Shown here: positions 9,818 to 19,409 of the stretch, in pieces
Numbering within the stretch: position 1 is the stretch's first letter
How the letters are laid out: each line of letters opens with the position of its first letter
Source: an uncultured Gammaproteobacteria bacterium
GTDB taxonomy: Bacteria; Patescibacteriota; Patescibacteriia; UBA1558; GWA2-36-10
Reading direction: 5' to 3'
Length of the DNA: 54,539 nt
Assembly: GCA_964515785.1 (NCBI GenBank)
Contig: CAZEWH010000006.1
Coordinates: 4,182 to 58,720, forward strand
Program-made: the position numbers and the translations under genes
The notes under the pieces: generated by a model
Databases searched by the model: none
What the model was told of the DNA's origin: nothing
The model's input: the letters and a program-made list of their open reading frames with translations, nothing else

Positions 9818-10942
9818 ATGACAAAAGGAAAATCTAAACAAAACAAAGTATATATCAAAATTGTTAGCATTTTTTTGGTATTGACTATTCTAGCTATTTT
9901 TATTGTTATTAATTTTGCAGTTTCCAAAGTAACTATAAAAATCTATGCAAATTTAGCCAACAAAACTGACTCAGTACTAATAGAAATGTTACCTGAAACC
10001 AGTCCTGATATCACAGCCCAATCATTTTTGGGAAAAATAATGACTGTAGAATTTGAAACTGAAATATCTTCTCCTAGTACTATAAAAAATGTTACTAGTG
10101 ATAGAGCTGGTGGTTATGTAACTATTTATAATAATTATTCAAAAAGCCAAGCTCTAGTAAAAACAACCAGACTACTTACCCCAGACAACAAACTTTATCG
10201 TATTCAAGAAGATGTCACTGTCCCAGCTGGCTCTAGTGTCGAAGTTTGGGCTGAAGCCGATGAAATTGGTGTTGAATTTGTAACTGAAGCTACAAGTTTT
10301 ATCATTCCTGGATTATGGTCTGGCTTACATGAATTGATCTATGCTGAAACCAAAGAAGGTATGTCACTAACTAGTGCTCCAAAATATGTAGTTACTCAAC
10401 AAGACATAGATACTGCCCAGCAAAAATTGACTTTACAGGCTGAAACTGAAGCACTAAATCTTATCAATGCCTCTTTGCCAGAAAAATTAGTTATCAATAA
10501 ATCAAGACTATTTTTAAAATTTACTAATCTAGATAGTACTGCTCTAGATAGTACCAGTGAAGAGACCTACTTAAAACAAGCTGTAACTGCTTATGGTCTG
10601 GTATTTTCTGAAGAAGATCTTAATAGTCGTGCCCAAGAAAAATTTGTCAATGAAATGACTAGCCAAGAAAAAATTGTAAAATTTTTGCCTAGTGATTTTT
10701 CTTATGATATCTTAGAAATCAATACTGAAACAGAAAAAGCTGTCCTAGATGTAAACTTGACTGCTGTCATTAGTACCAATGAAAAAATAGACCAAGTAGA
10801 TAAAGATCAGCTTATTGGCAAAAAACAATCTGAAGTTGAGGCTTATCTGCAGACTATCGGTGTTGAGCAAAGTGAAATAAAATTTTTCCCAGTTTGGCTA
10901 AGGACAGTCCCAAAAATCAAAGATCATATTATAATAGAATAA
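9818..10942 (+). CDS. Single-TM protein with baseplate-J-like extracellular region
   Basis: TM then GYVTIYNNYSKSQALVKTTRLLTPDNKLYRIQEDVTVPAG pattern; family assignment from recall. Confidence 0.6.
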   Translation: MTKGKSKQNKVYIKIVSIFLVLTILAIFIVINFAVSKVTIKIYANLANKTDSVLIEMLPETSPDITAQSFLGKIMTVEFETEISSPSTIKNVTSDRAGGYVTIYNNYSKSQALVKTTRLLTPDNKLYRIQEDVTVPAGSSVEVWAEADEIGVEFVTEATSFIIPGLWSGLHELIYAETKEGMSLTSAPKYVVTQQDIDTAQQKLTLQAETEALNLINASLPEKLVINKSRLFLKFTNLDSTALDSTSEETYLKQAVTAYGLVFSEEDLNSRAQEKFVNEMTSQEKIVKFLPSDFSYDILEINTETEKAVLDVNLTAVISTNEKIDQVDKDQLIGKKQSEVEAYLQTIGVEQSEIKFFPVWLRTVPKIKDHIIIE

Positions 10943-10952
10943 AATTATTACC

Positions 10953-10988
10953 CAGCCCCAGGCATACGCCTGGGACTGTTTTTATTTT
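10953..10988 (+). terminator. Rho-independent terminator-like hairpin
   Basis: CAGCCCCAGGC-ATAC-GCCTGGGACTG followed by T-rich tract. Confidence 0.6.
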
Positions 10989-11014
10989 GACTTTTTGAGA
11001 ATTTAAGCTATAAT
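10987..11014 (+). promoter_or_regulatory. sigma70 promoter for thrS leader
   Basis: TTGACT (10987-10992), 16 nt, TATAAT (11009-11014). Confidence 0.6.
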
Positions 11015-11020
11015 TATATA

Positions 11021-11208
11021 TGCTTTAAATGATTGGAATAACTACCAATTATTCTCCTACTCTAAATGGGATCTAAATCAAATTTGGGCTAAGTTTAAAG
11101 TCAATTGAATAAATGAAGTAGATAAATTTTTGTAGTATTTATCAACTTGGGTGGAACCGTCCAGAAAACCTGGGCCCCAAGACTTATATTTTTAGTCTTG
11201 GTTTTTTT
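11021..11208 (+). promoter_or_regulatory. T-box riboswitch (Thr) upstream of thrS
   Basis: T-box AACTTGGGTGGAACCG, antiterminator partner ..GGCCCCAAG, competing terminator CCAAGACT..AGTCTTGG-T7, stem III GATAAAT..ATTTATC. Confidence 0.85.
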
Positions 11209-11228
11209 ATTAATAATTATTTAAAAAT

Positions 11229-12980
11229 ATGGATAAACAAGAACAAATGCATAATATTAGACATTCACTAGCTCACATCATGGCTATGGCTGTGATGAAA
11301 AAATTCCCTGATGCCAAACTTGGTATTGGCCCAGTAATAGACAATGGTTTTTATTATGACTTTTTGCTACCAGAAAAATTATCTGATACTGATATACCAA
11401 AAATACAAAAAGACATGAAAAAAATTATCCAACAGAAAATAGAATTTACTAAAGAAGTAGTAGATCGTAAAAAAGCTATATCTACTGTCAAGGGCAATAA
11501 ATATAAAGAAGAATTGGTCAATGAATTGCCAGATAACGAAGAAATTAGTTTTTATGCTTGTGGTGATTTTAAAGATCTTTGTGCTGGACCGCATGTCTCA
11601 GACAGCTCTGAGATCAACCCCAACGCTTTTGCTTTGACTTCTATAGCTGGAGCTTATTGGCGAGGTGATGAAAAAAACGATATGTTGACTCGTATCTATG
11701 GTGTGGCTTTTGCTGACAAAAAAGAACTAGATGAATATCTAGCTATGCTTGAAGAAGCCAAAAAACGAGACCATCGCAAACTTGGTAAAGAACTTGATTT
11801 ATTTTCTTTTTCAGAATTGGTTGGACCTGGTTTGCCACTTTGGTCCCCTAAAGGTACTGTCTTACGTAATGAATTAGACAACTATGTCTGGGAATTACGT
11901 AATCAATATGAATATCAAGCAGTAACTATTCCTCATATTACCAAAAAGGCTCTTTACGAAACTAGTGGTCATTGGGACAAATTTTCTGATGAATTATTTA
12001 AAATAACTACTCGGGAAGGTCATGAATTTGCTATGAAACCAATGAATTGTCCTCATCATACTCAAATTTATGCTCATCTACCACGCAGCTATCGTGATCT
12101 GCCACAACGCTATGCTGAAACTACTATGGTTTACAGAGATGAACAATCTGGTGAACTATTTGGACTATCTCGTGTCCGCTGTATTAGCCAAGATGATGCT
12201 CATGTTTTTTGTCGTGATAATCAAGTCAAAGAAGAAATTCTAAAAATTGTTGATATTGTCAAAAATTTTTATAAACCATTTGGTTTTGATCTAAAAATCA
12301 GACTATCGCTGCATGATCCAGATAATTTTGATAAATATATTGGTACTCCAGATAATTGGAAAAAAATGGAAACTCAATTGCGTGAATTACTCAAGGAACA
12401 AAAAATAGAACACTATGAAGCCATCGGCGAAGCTGCTATGTATAGTCCCAAAATTGACTTTATAACACATGATTCACTTAAGCGTGAATGGCAAGTAGCT
12501 ACTATTCAACTAGATCGTAATATGCCTGAACGTTTCAAATTGACTTGCACTAATGAAGACAATAAAGAAGAGTCTATAGTCATGTTGCACGCTGCTATTA
12601 CTGGCTCTATTGAAAGATTTGTCGCTATATTGATAGAGCATCTAGGTGGCAACTTTCCCCTCTGGTGTAGCCCAGTACAAATAAAAATCATGAGTGTTGG
12701 AGCTTCACATATAGAATTTTGTCAAAACTTAAAAAAAGAATTTAATGAACAAAACTTGCGAATAGAATTGGACGATAGTTCTGAAACTATTGGCAACAAA
12801 ATTAGAAAAAATGCTAGCCAACGTATCCCCTATACTCTAGTAATTGGAGACAAAGAAATGAACTCCAAAAAACTATCTGTCCGAGTACGCGGCCAAAAAG
12901 ATTTATTGGAGATAGACAAATCTGAATTTATTGCTAAAATAAAAGAAGATATCAAAAATCGTACATTAGAGCTTTTATAA
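11229..12980 (+). CDS. thrS: Threonine--tRNA ligase (no N-terminal TGS domain)
   Basis: RHSLAH, DLCAGPHV, GAYWRGD, RDHRKLGKEL, KPMNCP, QDDAH, GSIERF. Confidence 0.97.
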   Translation: MDKQEQMHNIRHSLAHIMAMAVMKKFPDAKLGIGPVIDNGFYYDFLLPEKLSDTDIPKIQKDMKKIIQQKIEFTKEVVDRKKAISTVKGNKYKEELVNELPDNEEISFYACGDFKDLCAGPHVSDSSEINPNAFALTSIAGAYWRGDEKNDMLTRIYGVAFADKKELDEYLAMLEEAKKRDHRKLGKELDLFSFSELVGPGLPLWSPKGTVLRNELDNYVWELRNQYEYQAVTIPHITKKALYETSGHWDKFSDELFKITTREGHEFAMKPMNCPHHTQIYAHLPRSYRDLPQRYAETTMVYRDEQSGELFGLSRVRCISQDDAHVFCRDNQVKEEILKIVDIVKNFYKPFGFDLKIRLSLHDPDNFDKYIGTPDNWKKMETQLRELLKEQKIEHYEAIGEAAMYSPKIDFITHDSLKREWQVATIQLDRNMPERFKLTCTNEDNKEESIVMLHAAITGSIERFVAILIEHLGGNFPLWCSPVQIKIMSVGASHIEFCQNLKKEFNEQNLRIELDDSSETIGNKIRKNASQRIPYTLVIGDKEMNSKKLSVRVRGQKDLLEIDKSEFIAKIKEDIKNRTLELL

Positions 12981-12996
12981 TTATAATAAAACAAGC

Positions 12997-14415
12997 ATGA
13001 CTATAAAAACCGCCTTAGCATACGACGATGTTTTGTTGGTGCCCCAAAAATCTAGTATTCGTTCTCGACAGGATGTAGATACTAGTGCAAAGCTGTCAAA
13101 AAACATCACCCTAAAAATACCTATAGTAAGTTCAAATATGGATACAGTTACCGAAAGCCACATGGCCATTGCCATGGCCTTGGCTGGTGGTATTGGCTTT
13201 ATCCATCGTTTTTGTGATATTGATAAACAAGTCAAAGAAGTCACCAAAGTAAAACGCAAACAAAATATTGTTATTGATAAGCCTTTTACTGTAAAGCCAT
13301 ATGATACTCTAGCTGATGTTAAAGAAAAAATAAAAGAACATAACTGTCATAGTTTTTTGGTTTCAGAAAATGGTCACAAACTACAAGGTATTATCACTAG
13401 TCGAGATATTGTATTGATCAAAGATGATACAAAACTAGTCTCTGACATGATGACAACAAAAGATAATCTTATTACTGCTGCCAGAGATATTTCTACTGAA
13501 AAAGCCAGGGAATTACTCAATAACAATAAAATTGAAAAATTACCTTTAGTTGATCAAGACTTTAATATCCAAGGATTGATCACCTCTACTGATATTGCCA
13601 AAAATTATGACAACGAAGAAGCTGCTAAAGATAGTAAAGGACGTTTATTGGTAGCAGCCGCAGTTGGAGTCAGAGGTGATTTTATGGAGCGAGTCGATGC
13701 TTTGGTCAGGGCTGAAGTAGATGCCATTGTTTTAGATATTGCTCATGGACATTCTGATAATGAATTGGAAGCTATATCTAAAATAAAAACCAAATACCCA
13801 AATGTAGAATTGATTGGAGGTAATATAGCTACTGCCAAAGCAGCCCTAGATCTTATCAAAGCTGGCGTAGATGGCATCAAAGTCGGCGTTGGTCCTGGAT
13901 CAACTTGTACTACTAGGACAACTACTGGCTTTGGTGTACCACAGCTGACTGCTATCATGAATATTGCATCTGTTTGTCGCCAACACAATATTCCTTTTAA
14001 TGCTGATGGTGGAATCCGTAAACCAGCTGATTTTGTCAAAGCTATAGCAGCTGGTGCCAATACTATCATGATTGGTGGACAATTTTCTGGTACTGAAGAA
14101 ACTCCAGGCCCATTGATAACCTATCAAGGAAGACAATACAAAATTTCTCGCGGTATGGCTTCATTGACTGCTGCTCTGTCTCGACCTGATGCTAAAGAAA
14201 ATATAAATCAAATAACTCCAGAAGGAGTAGAAGCTCGTGTACCTTATCGCGGCCCAGTCCAAAATATTATCAATCAGTTTATGGGAGGTTTGAGATCTGG
14301 AATGAGTTATGGCAATGCTCGCAATTTAGATGAATTAATCAAAAATGCTGAATTTATACGTATTACCAATGCTGGTTTTAGAGAATCAGATTCACACGAC
14401 AACGAGGTTTTATAA
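12997..14415 (+). CDS. guaB: GuaB-family IMP dehydrogenase/GMP reductase with CBS pair; motifs favour GMP reductase
   Basis: YDDVLLVP, SNMDTVTE, two CBS domains, GVGPGSTCTTR, ADGG, RGMAS, PEGVE. Confidence 0.85.
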   Translation: MTIKTALAYDDVLLVPQKSSIRSRQDVDTSAKLSKNITLKIPIVSSNMDTVTESHMAIAMALAGGIGFIHRFCDIDKQVKEVTKVKRKQNIVIDKPFTVKPYDTLADVKEKIKEHNCHSFLVSENGHKLQGIITSRDIVLIKDDTKLVSDMMTTKDNLITAARDISTEKARELLNNNKIEKLPLVDQDFNIQGLITSTDIAKNYDNEEAAKDSKGRLLVAAAVGVRGDFMERVDALVRAEVDAIVLDIAHGHSDNELEAISKIKTKYPNVELIGGNIATAKAALDLIKAGVDGIKVGVGPGSTCTTRTTTGFGVPQLTAIMNIASVCRQHNIPFNADGGIRKPADFVKAIAAGANTIMIGGQFSGTEETPGPLITYQGRQYKISRGMASLTAALSRPDAKENINQITPEGVEARVPYRGPVQNIINQFMGGLRSGMSYGNARNLDELIKNAEFIRITNAGFRESDSHDNEVL

Positions 14416-14427
14416 AATAATTTATTC

Positions 14428-14460
14428 AAGCCCGCCCCCGCTCCGCGGGGGCGGGCTTTT
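14428..14460. repeat. GC palindrome/terminator between guaB-like gene and miaB
   Basis: AAGCCCGCCCCCGC-TCC-GCGGGGGCGGGCTT then T-rich; reverse complement of the prmC insert core. Confidence 0.85.
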
Positions 14461-14468
14461 ATTTAGCC

Positions 14469-14497
14469 TTGATTTTTCAAGCCAAAAGCTATATAAT
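14469..14497 (+). promoter_or_regulatory. sigma70 promoter of miaB (likely leaderless transcript)
   Basis: TTGATT (14469-74), 17 nt, TATAAT (14492-97); ATG 14505 follows after 7 nt. Confidence 0.6.
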
Positions 14498-14504
14498 GCC
14501 CTTT

Positions 14505-15818
14505 ATGGCAAATAAGAAATTCCACCTTATTATATTTGGTTGTCAGATGAATTATTCTGATGCAGAAAGACTATCCTCTGTTTTGAAGGATCTTGGCTAT
14601 CAAGAAACAAAGTCAGAAGACGAAGCTGACTTGATTTGTATTTTGGCCTGCTCTGTCAGACAGACAGCTGTGGATCGTATTCATGGCAAAATACGCAATT
14701 GGCAACTTGCCAAAACAAAACGACCTTTGATTACTATTTTGGCTGGTTGTGTCCTGCCAGAAGATCAAAAAAAACTTGAACATAAATTTGATATTTTTAT
14801 AGATATCAAAAATCTTGATAATTTAGCCAAAAGCATACAAAAAATTAATCCCGCCGAAGGTCCCGAGCGTAGCCGAGGGAAAGAAAAATTAGCTTTACCA
14901 CAATTTTTTGATATTGCGCCAAGTTATTATTCAAACTATCGAGCTTATGTACCGATCATGACTGGCTGTAATAAATTTTGTACTTATTGTGCTGTACCGC
15001 ATACTCGCGGCCGCGAAGTATCTCGTCCATCTCAAGACATTATCAAAGAAGTACAAGAATTATTAAAACAAAATTATAAAGAAATAATTTTGCTTGGCCA
15101 AAATGTAAATAGTTATGGTCTGGACAAAGAAAACGAAATTAAATTTCCTGAATTGCTAGAAAAAATTGCTAAGCTTGATAATAATTTCTGGCTAAAATTT
15201 TTGACTTCTCACCCATATGATATGTCAGATGATTTGATAACAGTCATGGCAGATAATAAAAATATAAATAATTATTTGCATCTACCTGTACAATCTGGAT
15301 CAGATAGCATGCTTAAACGCATGAACCGGCATTATAGTATAAAAAAATATAAAAATTTAATTAAAAAAATAAAAACTAAAATACCAGATATTGCTATCTC
15401 TACAGATCTGATAGTCGGATTTTCTGGTGAAACAGAACAAGAATTTACAGACACTATCAAATTGTTTGACGAACTCAAATTTAATATGGCTTATGTATCT
15501 CAATATTCTGAGCGCTCTGGTACTACAGCTGCCAAATTATATTCTGACGACATAGATAAGCAAACAAAAAAACAACGTTGGCAGATAATAAATAAATTAC
15601 TTACTAAATATTCTTTAGAGTTTAATAAAAAATTAATTAATACTCAGCAAGAAGTCTTGATAGACGTTGTAAAACCAGACAAAGCCATCGGTAAATTATC
15701 TAATTATGTGGCTGTACATGTTATGGATAATAAAAAATTAGAAGTAGGTAAATTTTATAAAATAAAAATTACTAAGGCTCTTGACTGGGGCTTGGAGGGA
15801 GAAATAAACAATGACTAA
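14505..15818 (+). CDS. miaB: tRNA-2-methylthio-N6-dimethylallyladenosine synthase; probable start 14505
   Basis: FGCQMN..DAE, CSVR, radical SAM CNKFCTYC, LLGQNVN, HLPVQSGS, TRAM; adjacent to miaA. Confidence 0.95.
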   Translation: MANKKFHLIIFGCQMNYSDAERLSSVLKDLGYQETKSEDEADLICILACSVRQTAVDRIHGKIRNWQLAKTKRPLITILAGCVLPEDQKKLEHKFDIFIDIKNLDNLAKSIQKINPAEGPERSRGKEKLALPQFFDIAPSYYSNYRAYVPIMTGCNKFCTYCAVPHTRGREVSRPSQDIIKEVQELLKQNYKEIILLGQNVNSYGLDKENEIKFPELLEKIAKLDNNFWLKFLTSHPYDMSDDLITVMADNKNINNYLHLPVQSGSDSMLKRMNRHYSIKKYKNLIKKIKTKIPDIAISTDLIVGFSGETEQEFTDTIKLFDELKFNMAYVSQYSERSGTTAAKLYSDDIDKQTKKQRWQIINKLLTKYSLEFNKKLINTQQEVLIDVVKPDKAIGKLSNYVAVHVMDNKKLEVGKFYKIKITKALDWGLEGEINND

Positions 15819-16713
15819 ACAAGGAAAAATCATAGTAATCTTAGGCCCAACTGCTTCTGGCAAGTCAGATTTGGCAGTGCAAATAGCCAAACAAACAAAT
15901 GGCGAAGTTATCTCAGCTGATTCTAGACAAATATATAAACAGTTAGATATCGGCTCTGGTAAAATAACGACCCAAGAAATGCAAGGCATTCCTCATTATA
16001 TGCTAGATATTGTGGAGCCAGATCAAAATTACTCTTTGCATGATTGGCAACAAGCTGCTTTTGATATTATAAATAAAATTATCAAAAATAATAAACTACC
16101 AATTATAGCTGGTGGCACTGGGCTTTATCTCTCCTCTATCCTGCAAAATTATAGAATACCAGCTACTGATAAAAATATCAGATCTAAATTAAAAGACTGT
16201 AGTTTGCCAGAATTAGTAAAACAACTAAAAACTAATGACCCCGAATCAGCCTCTAATATTAATCTTAAAAACAAAATCCATGTAGTCAGAGCTTTGGAAT
16301 ATTCTTTAGCTTTTAGACAAAGTTTGTCCACTAGTCAAGGAACTGGCGAATGCCCTTATGACTTTTTAGTTTTTGGCATTGATCCTGGTCGCGAAAAATT
16401 ATACGAAAAAATTAATAATAGAGTTATCAAAATGATAGATCTTGGATTGATAGATGAAGTCAAAAATATTTATAAAAAATTTCCTGACAAATCTCTAGTA
16501 GCTCTCAGTGGTATTGGCTATAAAGAAATTTTGGAATATTTAGATAATAATATCTCAAAACAAGAGTCTATAGATCAGATCCAACAAAACACTCGTCGCT
16601 ATGCCAAGCGGCAGATGACTTGGTTTAGACGTATGGAAAAGCAGGGAATCAAAATACACTGGAACGAATCTCTGTCCAGTGCAGTTGAAAAAATTAAAAA
16701 GTTTGTTGATTAA
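15811..16713 (+). CDS. miaA: tRNA dimethylallyltransferase
   Basis: GPTASGKS, ISADSRQIY, GGTGLY, IGYKE, YAKRQMTWF. Confidence 0.96.
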   Translation: MTKQGKIIVILGPTASGKSDLAVQIAKQTNGEVISADSRQIYKQLDIGSGKITTQEMQGIPHYMLDIVEPDQNYSLHDWQQAAFDIINKIIKNNKLPIIAGGTGLYLSSILQNYRIPATDKNIRSKLKDCSLPELVKQLKTNDPESASNINLKNKIHVVRALEYSLAFRQSLSTSQGTGECPYDFLVFGIDPGREKLYEKINNRVIKMIDLGLIDEVKNIYKKFPDKSLVALSGIGYKEILEYLDNNISKQESIDQIQQNTRRYAKRQMTWFRRMEKQGIKIHWNESLSSAVEKIKKFVD

Positions 16714-16714
16714 A

Positions 16715-18220
16715 TTACTTTAATTTTTCTTGTAAAATATTTTCTATTTTTTGAGGATTGGCTTTGCCCTTAGAAGCAGCCATGACTTTACCTACAAAAA
16801 ACTTAAGTAAAACAATTTTACCAGCCTTATAATCCTCTACTTGTTGAGGATTATTTTTTATTACTTCTTCTACAAAAATTTGCAAAGCTTTATCATCATC
16901 TACCTGACCCAGATCTTGCTCTTCCATGATATGTGAAGGATCATCACCAGTATCAAACATAGCTTTCAAAACAGTCTGACCAGCAGAACTATTTAATTTA
17001 GCTCTATAAATAAGCTTGAGCAATTCAGCCATATTTTCTGCAGTAATTTTTAGATTTTTTATATCAAAACTAGTATCTACTAAGCCAAATAATTCACTTG
17101 ATAACCAGTTAAAAGCTAGTTTGGACAAAGCTTGTTTATTGTCTTGCCATAAAATATCTGCCTCTTTAGTGCCTGGATCAATATTTTCGTCACGAAACAA
17201 CCAAGCTCTAAGATCAGACATTATTGCTTCAAAATAGTCAGCCCAATGTTTCAGATTTATCAACACATAAGCATCTTGGATTTTGAGTCCATACTCTTCT
17301 ACAAAACGATCTCGTCTGTTATTAGGTAACTCTGGCATTAAAGATTTAATCTCCTGTAAAAGTGTTGCTTTAATTATTAAAGGCGGTAAATCTGGCTCAG
17401 GAAAATAACGATAATCAGCCGAACCTTCTTTGGTCCTTTGTTCTACTGTAATTTGTTTGGCTTCATCCCAACCACGAGTAGCAGTAATTTGTGGCGCCTG
17501 ACCTTGTTCCCACAAAGCTGTTTGACGCTCTTGCTCAAATTGCAAAGCTTTGACTACAGCTTTAAATGAATTAAGATTTTTAACTTCTGTTTTATGATAC
17601 AATTCTTTATCACCTATAGGCCTAAGTGAAATATTGGCATCACAACGCATTTGACCTTTTTCCATATCAGCATCAGATACGTCTAAATAGCGAGCTATCA
17701 AACGCACATCCTGCAAAAATATTTTAGTCTGATCCGGTGTCCGAAAATCTGGCTTAGTAACAATCTCAGCTAGCGGTGTACCACCACGATTAAAATCTAC
17801 CAAAGTTTTATTGTCTTTGTGAATATTTTTAGCAGCGTCTTCTTCCATATGTAAACGCTCAATGCCTATTTTATGATGTTGATTATCTAGATCAATTATT
17901 AAATGTCCCTCTTCAGCGAGTGGTTCATCAAATTGAGAAATCTGATAACCTTTTGGTAAATCAGGATAAAAATAATTTTTACGATCAAATTTGGAATGAC
18001 TTTTTATTTTACAATTCAAAGCCAAAGCCATTATAATACCCTGCTTGATAGCTTCTTTATTCACAGTCGGCAAAATACCAGGATGTCCTAGACATACTGG
18101 ACAAACAACTGTATTGACTGGCTGATTGCTTCCATCATTAGAACAATTACAAAACATCTTGCTCTTTGTTTTGAGTTGCAAGTGAATTTCTAAACCAATG
18201 ATAGTCTCGTACTTACTCAT
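16715..18220 (-). CDS. gatB: Asp/Glu-tRNA amidotransferase subunit B
   Basis: IGLEIH, RKNYFYPDLPKGYQISQ, HMEEDA, RCDANIS, DYRYFPEPDL. Confidence 0.97.
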   Translation of the reverse strand: MSKYETIIGLEIHLQLKTKSKMFCNCSNDGSNQPVNTVVCPVCLGHPGILPTVNKEAIKQGIIMALALNCKIKSHSKFDRKNYFYPDLPKGYQISQFDEPLAEEGHLIIDLDNQHHKIGIERLHMEEDAAKNIHKDNKTLVDFNRGGTPLAEIVTKPDFRTPDQTKIFLQDVRLIARYLDVSDADMEKGQMRCDANISLRPIGDKELYHKTEVKNLNSFKAVVKALQFEQERQTALWEQGQAPQITATRGWDEAKQITVEQRTKEGSADYRYFPEPDLPPLIIKATLLQEIKSLMPELPNNRRDRFVEEYGLKIQDAYVLINLKHWADYFEAIMSDLRAWLFRDENIDPGTKEADILWQDNKQALSKLAFNWLSSELFGLVDTSFDIKNLKITAENMAELLKLIYRAKLNSSAGQTVLKAMFDTGDDPSHIMEEQDLGQVDDDKALQIFVEEVIKNNPQQVEDYKAGKIVLLKFFVGKVMAASKGKANPQKIENILQEKLK

Positions 18221-18293
18221 CCCGTATAAAATTAAAATTATTTATTGCCCCGTTATTTATACACAACAAATTTTTACGGGACAAGTATATTAA

Positions 18294-18971
18294 CTATATA
18301 TATTTTTCTACTTTTTTACAAACCTCTTGATGAATATCTTCAATGCTACGCAATTGATTATTAGCATCTATACACTCAATAGTTTCCCAATTATATTTTT
18401 TGGATACATAGATGCCAGCATTTTCAGCATCTTTGAGATGCTCTAAGTCGTTTTCGTGTATATCGTTTTTGGATTTAAGATTACCGTGGCGTTGTTCTTT
18501 TTTTAGAGACAATTGTTGAGAAATATCAGCTGGTATATGCAAGAAAAAAACAACATCGGGCTTGGGGATAGCAAAAATATTATATTCCAAATCTTCTAGC
18601 CATTCCAAAAACTTGTCTCGCTCTACCTGATCCTGAATTTTACCAGCTTGATGGAGCATATTGGAAGTAGTATAGCGGTTAGCTAAAACAATCTTACCCT
18701 CTGCCAACCATTTTTTCATATCAAAAGAAGCATCATAACGATCAGCAGCATAAAAAATAGAGGCTCGATAAGGTCCGACTTCTTTGGCTGTACCATAATT
18801 TCCGTTTAGATATTCTTCCACCAAAGCAGCAGATGGCTTGCCATACTGTGGAAAATCAGCCAACTCGAGTTGATGTCCGTCTTTAGTCAATTTTTCTTTA
18901 AGTAAATTAAACTGCGTGGTTTTTCCAGAACCATCTCCACCTTCTATTACAATAAATTTGCCTTTAGGCAT
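18294..18971 (-). CDS. tmk: Thymidylate kinase
   Basis: FIVIEGGDGSGKTTQ, YAADR, ANRYTTSN..HQ, PKPDVVFFL. Confidence 0.88.
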   Translation of the reverse strand: MPKGKFIVIEGGDGSGKTTQFNLLKEKLTKDGHQLELADFPQYGKPSAALVEEYLNGNYGTAKEVGPYRASIFYAADRYDASFDMKKWLAEGKIVLANRYTTSNMLHQAGKIQDQVERDKFLEWLEDLEYNIFAIPKPDVVFFLHIPADISQQLSLKKEQRHGNLKSKNDIHENDLEHLKDAENAGIYVSKKYNWETIECIDANNQLRSIEDIHQEVCKKVEKYI

Positions 18972-18983
18972 ATATTTTTATAT

Positions 18984-19409
18984 TTAATAGCCTGAACTGC
19001 CAAAACTGCCAGCTCCTCGTTTAGTTTTATCTAACTCCTCTACTTCTTGCCATTCTATATCTTCTACTTTTTGAATAAGTAGTTGCGCAATACGATCACC
19101 TATTTTAATTTTATAATCCTCTTGCCCAAAATTAATAAGTACTATTTTATAGTCTCCCCTGTAATGCGAATCGACTACACCAGCCATAGTATGAATACCA
19201 TGCTTGATAGCTAGTCCAGAACGATCACGAATATTAGCAAAATAACCAGCTGGCACAGCAATTTGTAAACCAGTATTTACTAAAGCTCGTTCACCTGGCT
19301 TTATCACAACCTCTTCACAAGCGTGTAGATCTACGGCTGCATCACCTTCGCCATAAGCAGTGGCTGGAATAGTTGCTTGCGGATGATTTTTTTTAATCTT
19401 GAGTTTCAT
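18984..19409 (-). CDS. dut: Trimeric dUTPase
   Basis: Motifs AAVDL, RSGLA, GVVDSHYRG, GDRIAQL, RGAGSFGSSG. Confidence 0.93.
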   Translation of the reverse strand: MKLKIKKNHPQATIPATAYGEGDAAVDLHACEEVVIKPGERALVNTGLQIAVPAGYFANIRDRSGLAIKHGIHTMAGVVDSHYRGDYKIVLINFGQEDYKIKIGDRIAQLLIQKVEDIEWQEVEELDKTKRGAGSFGSSGY

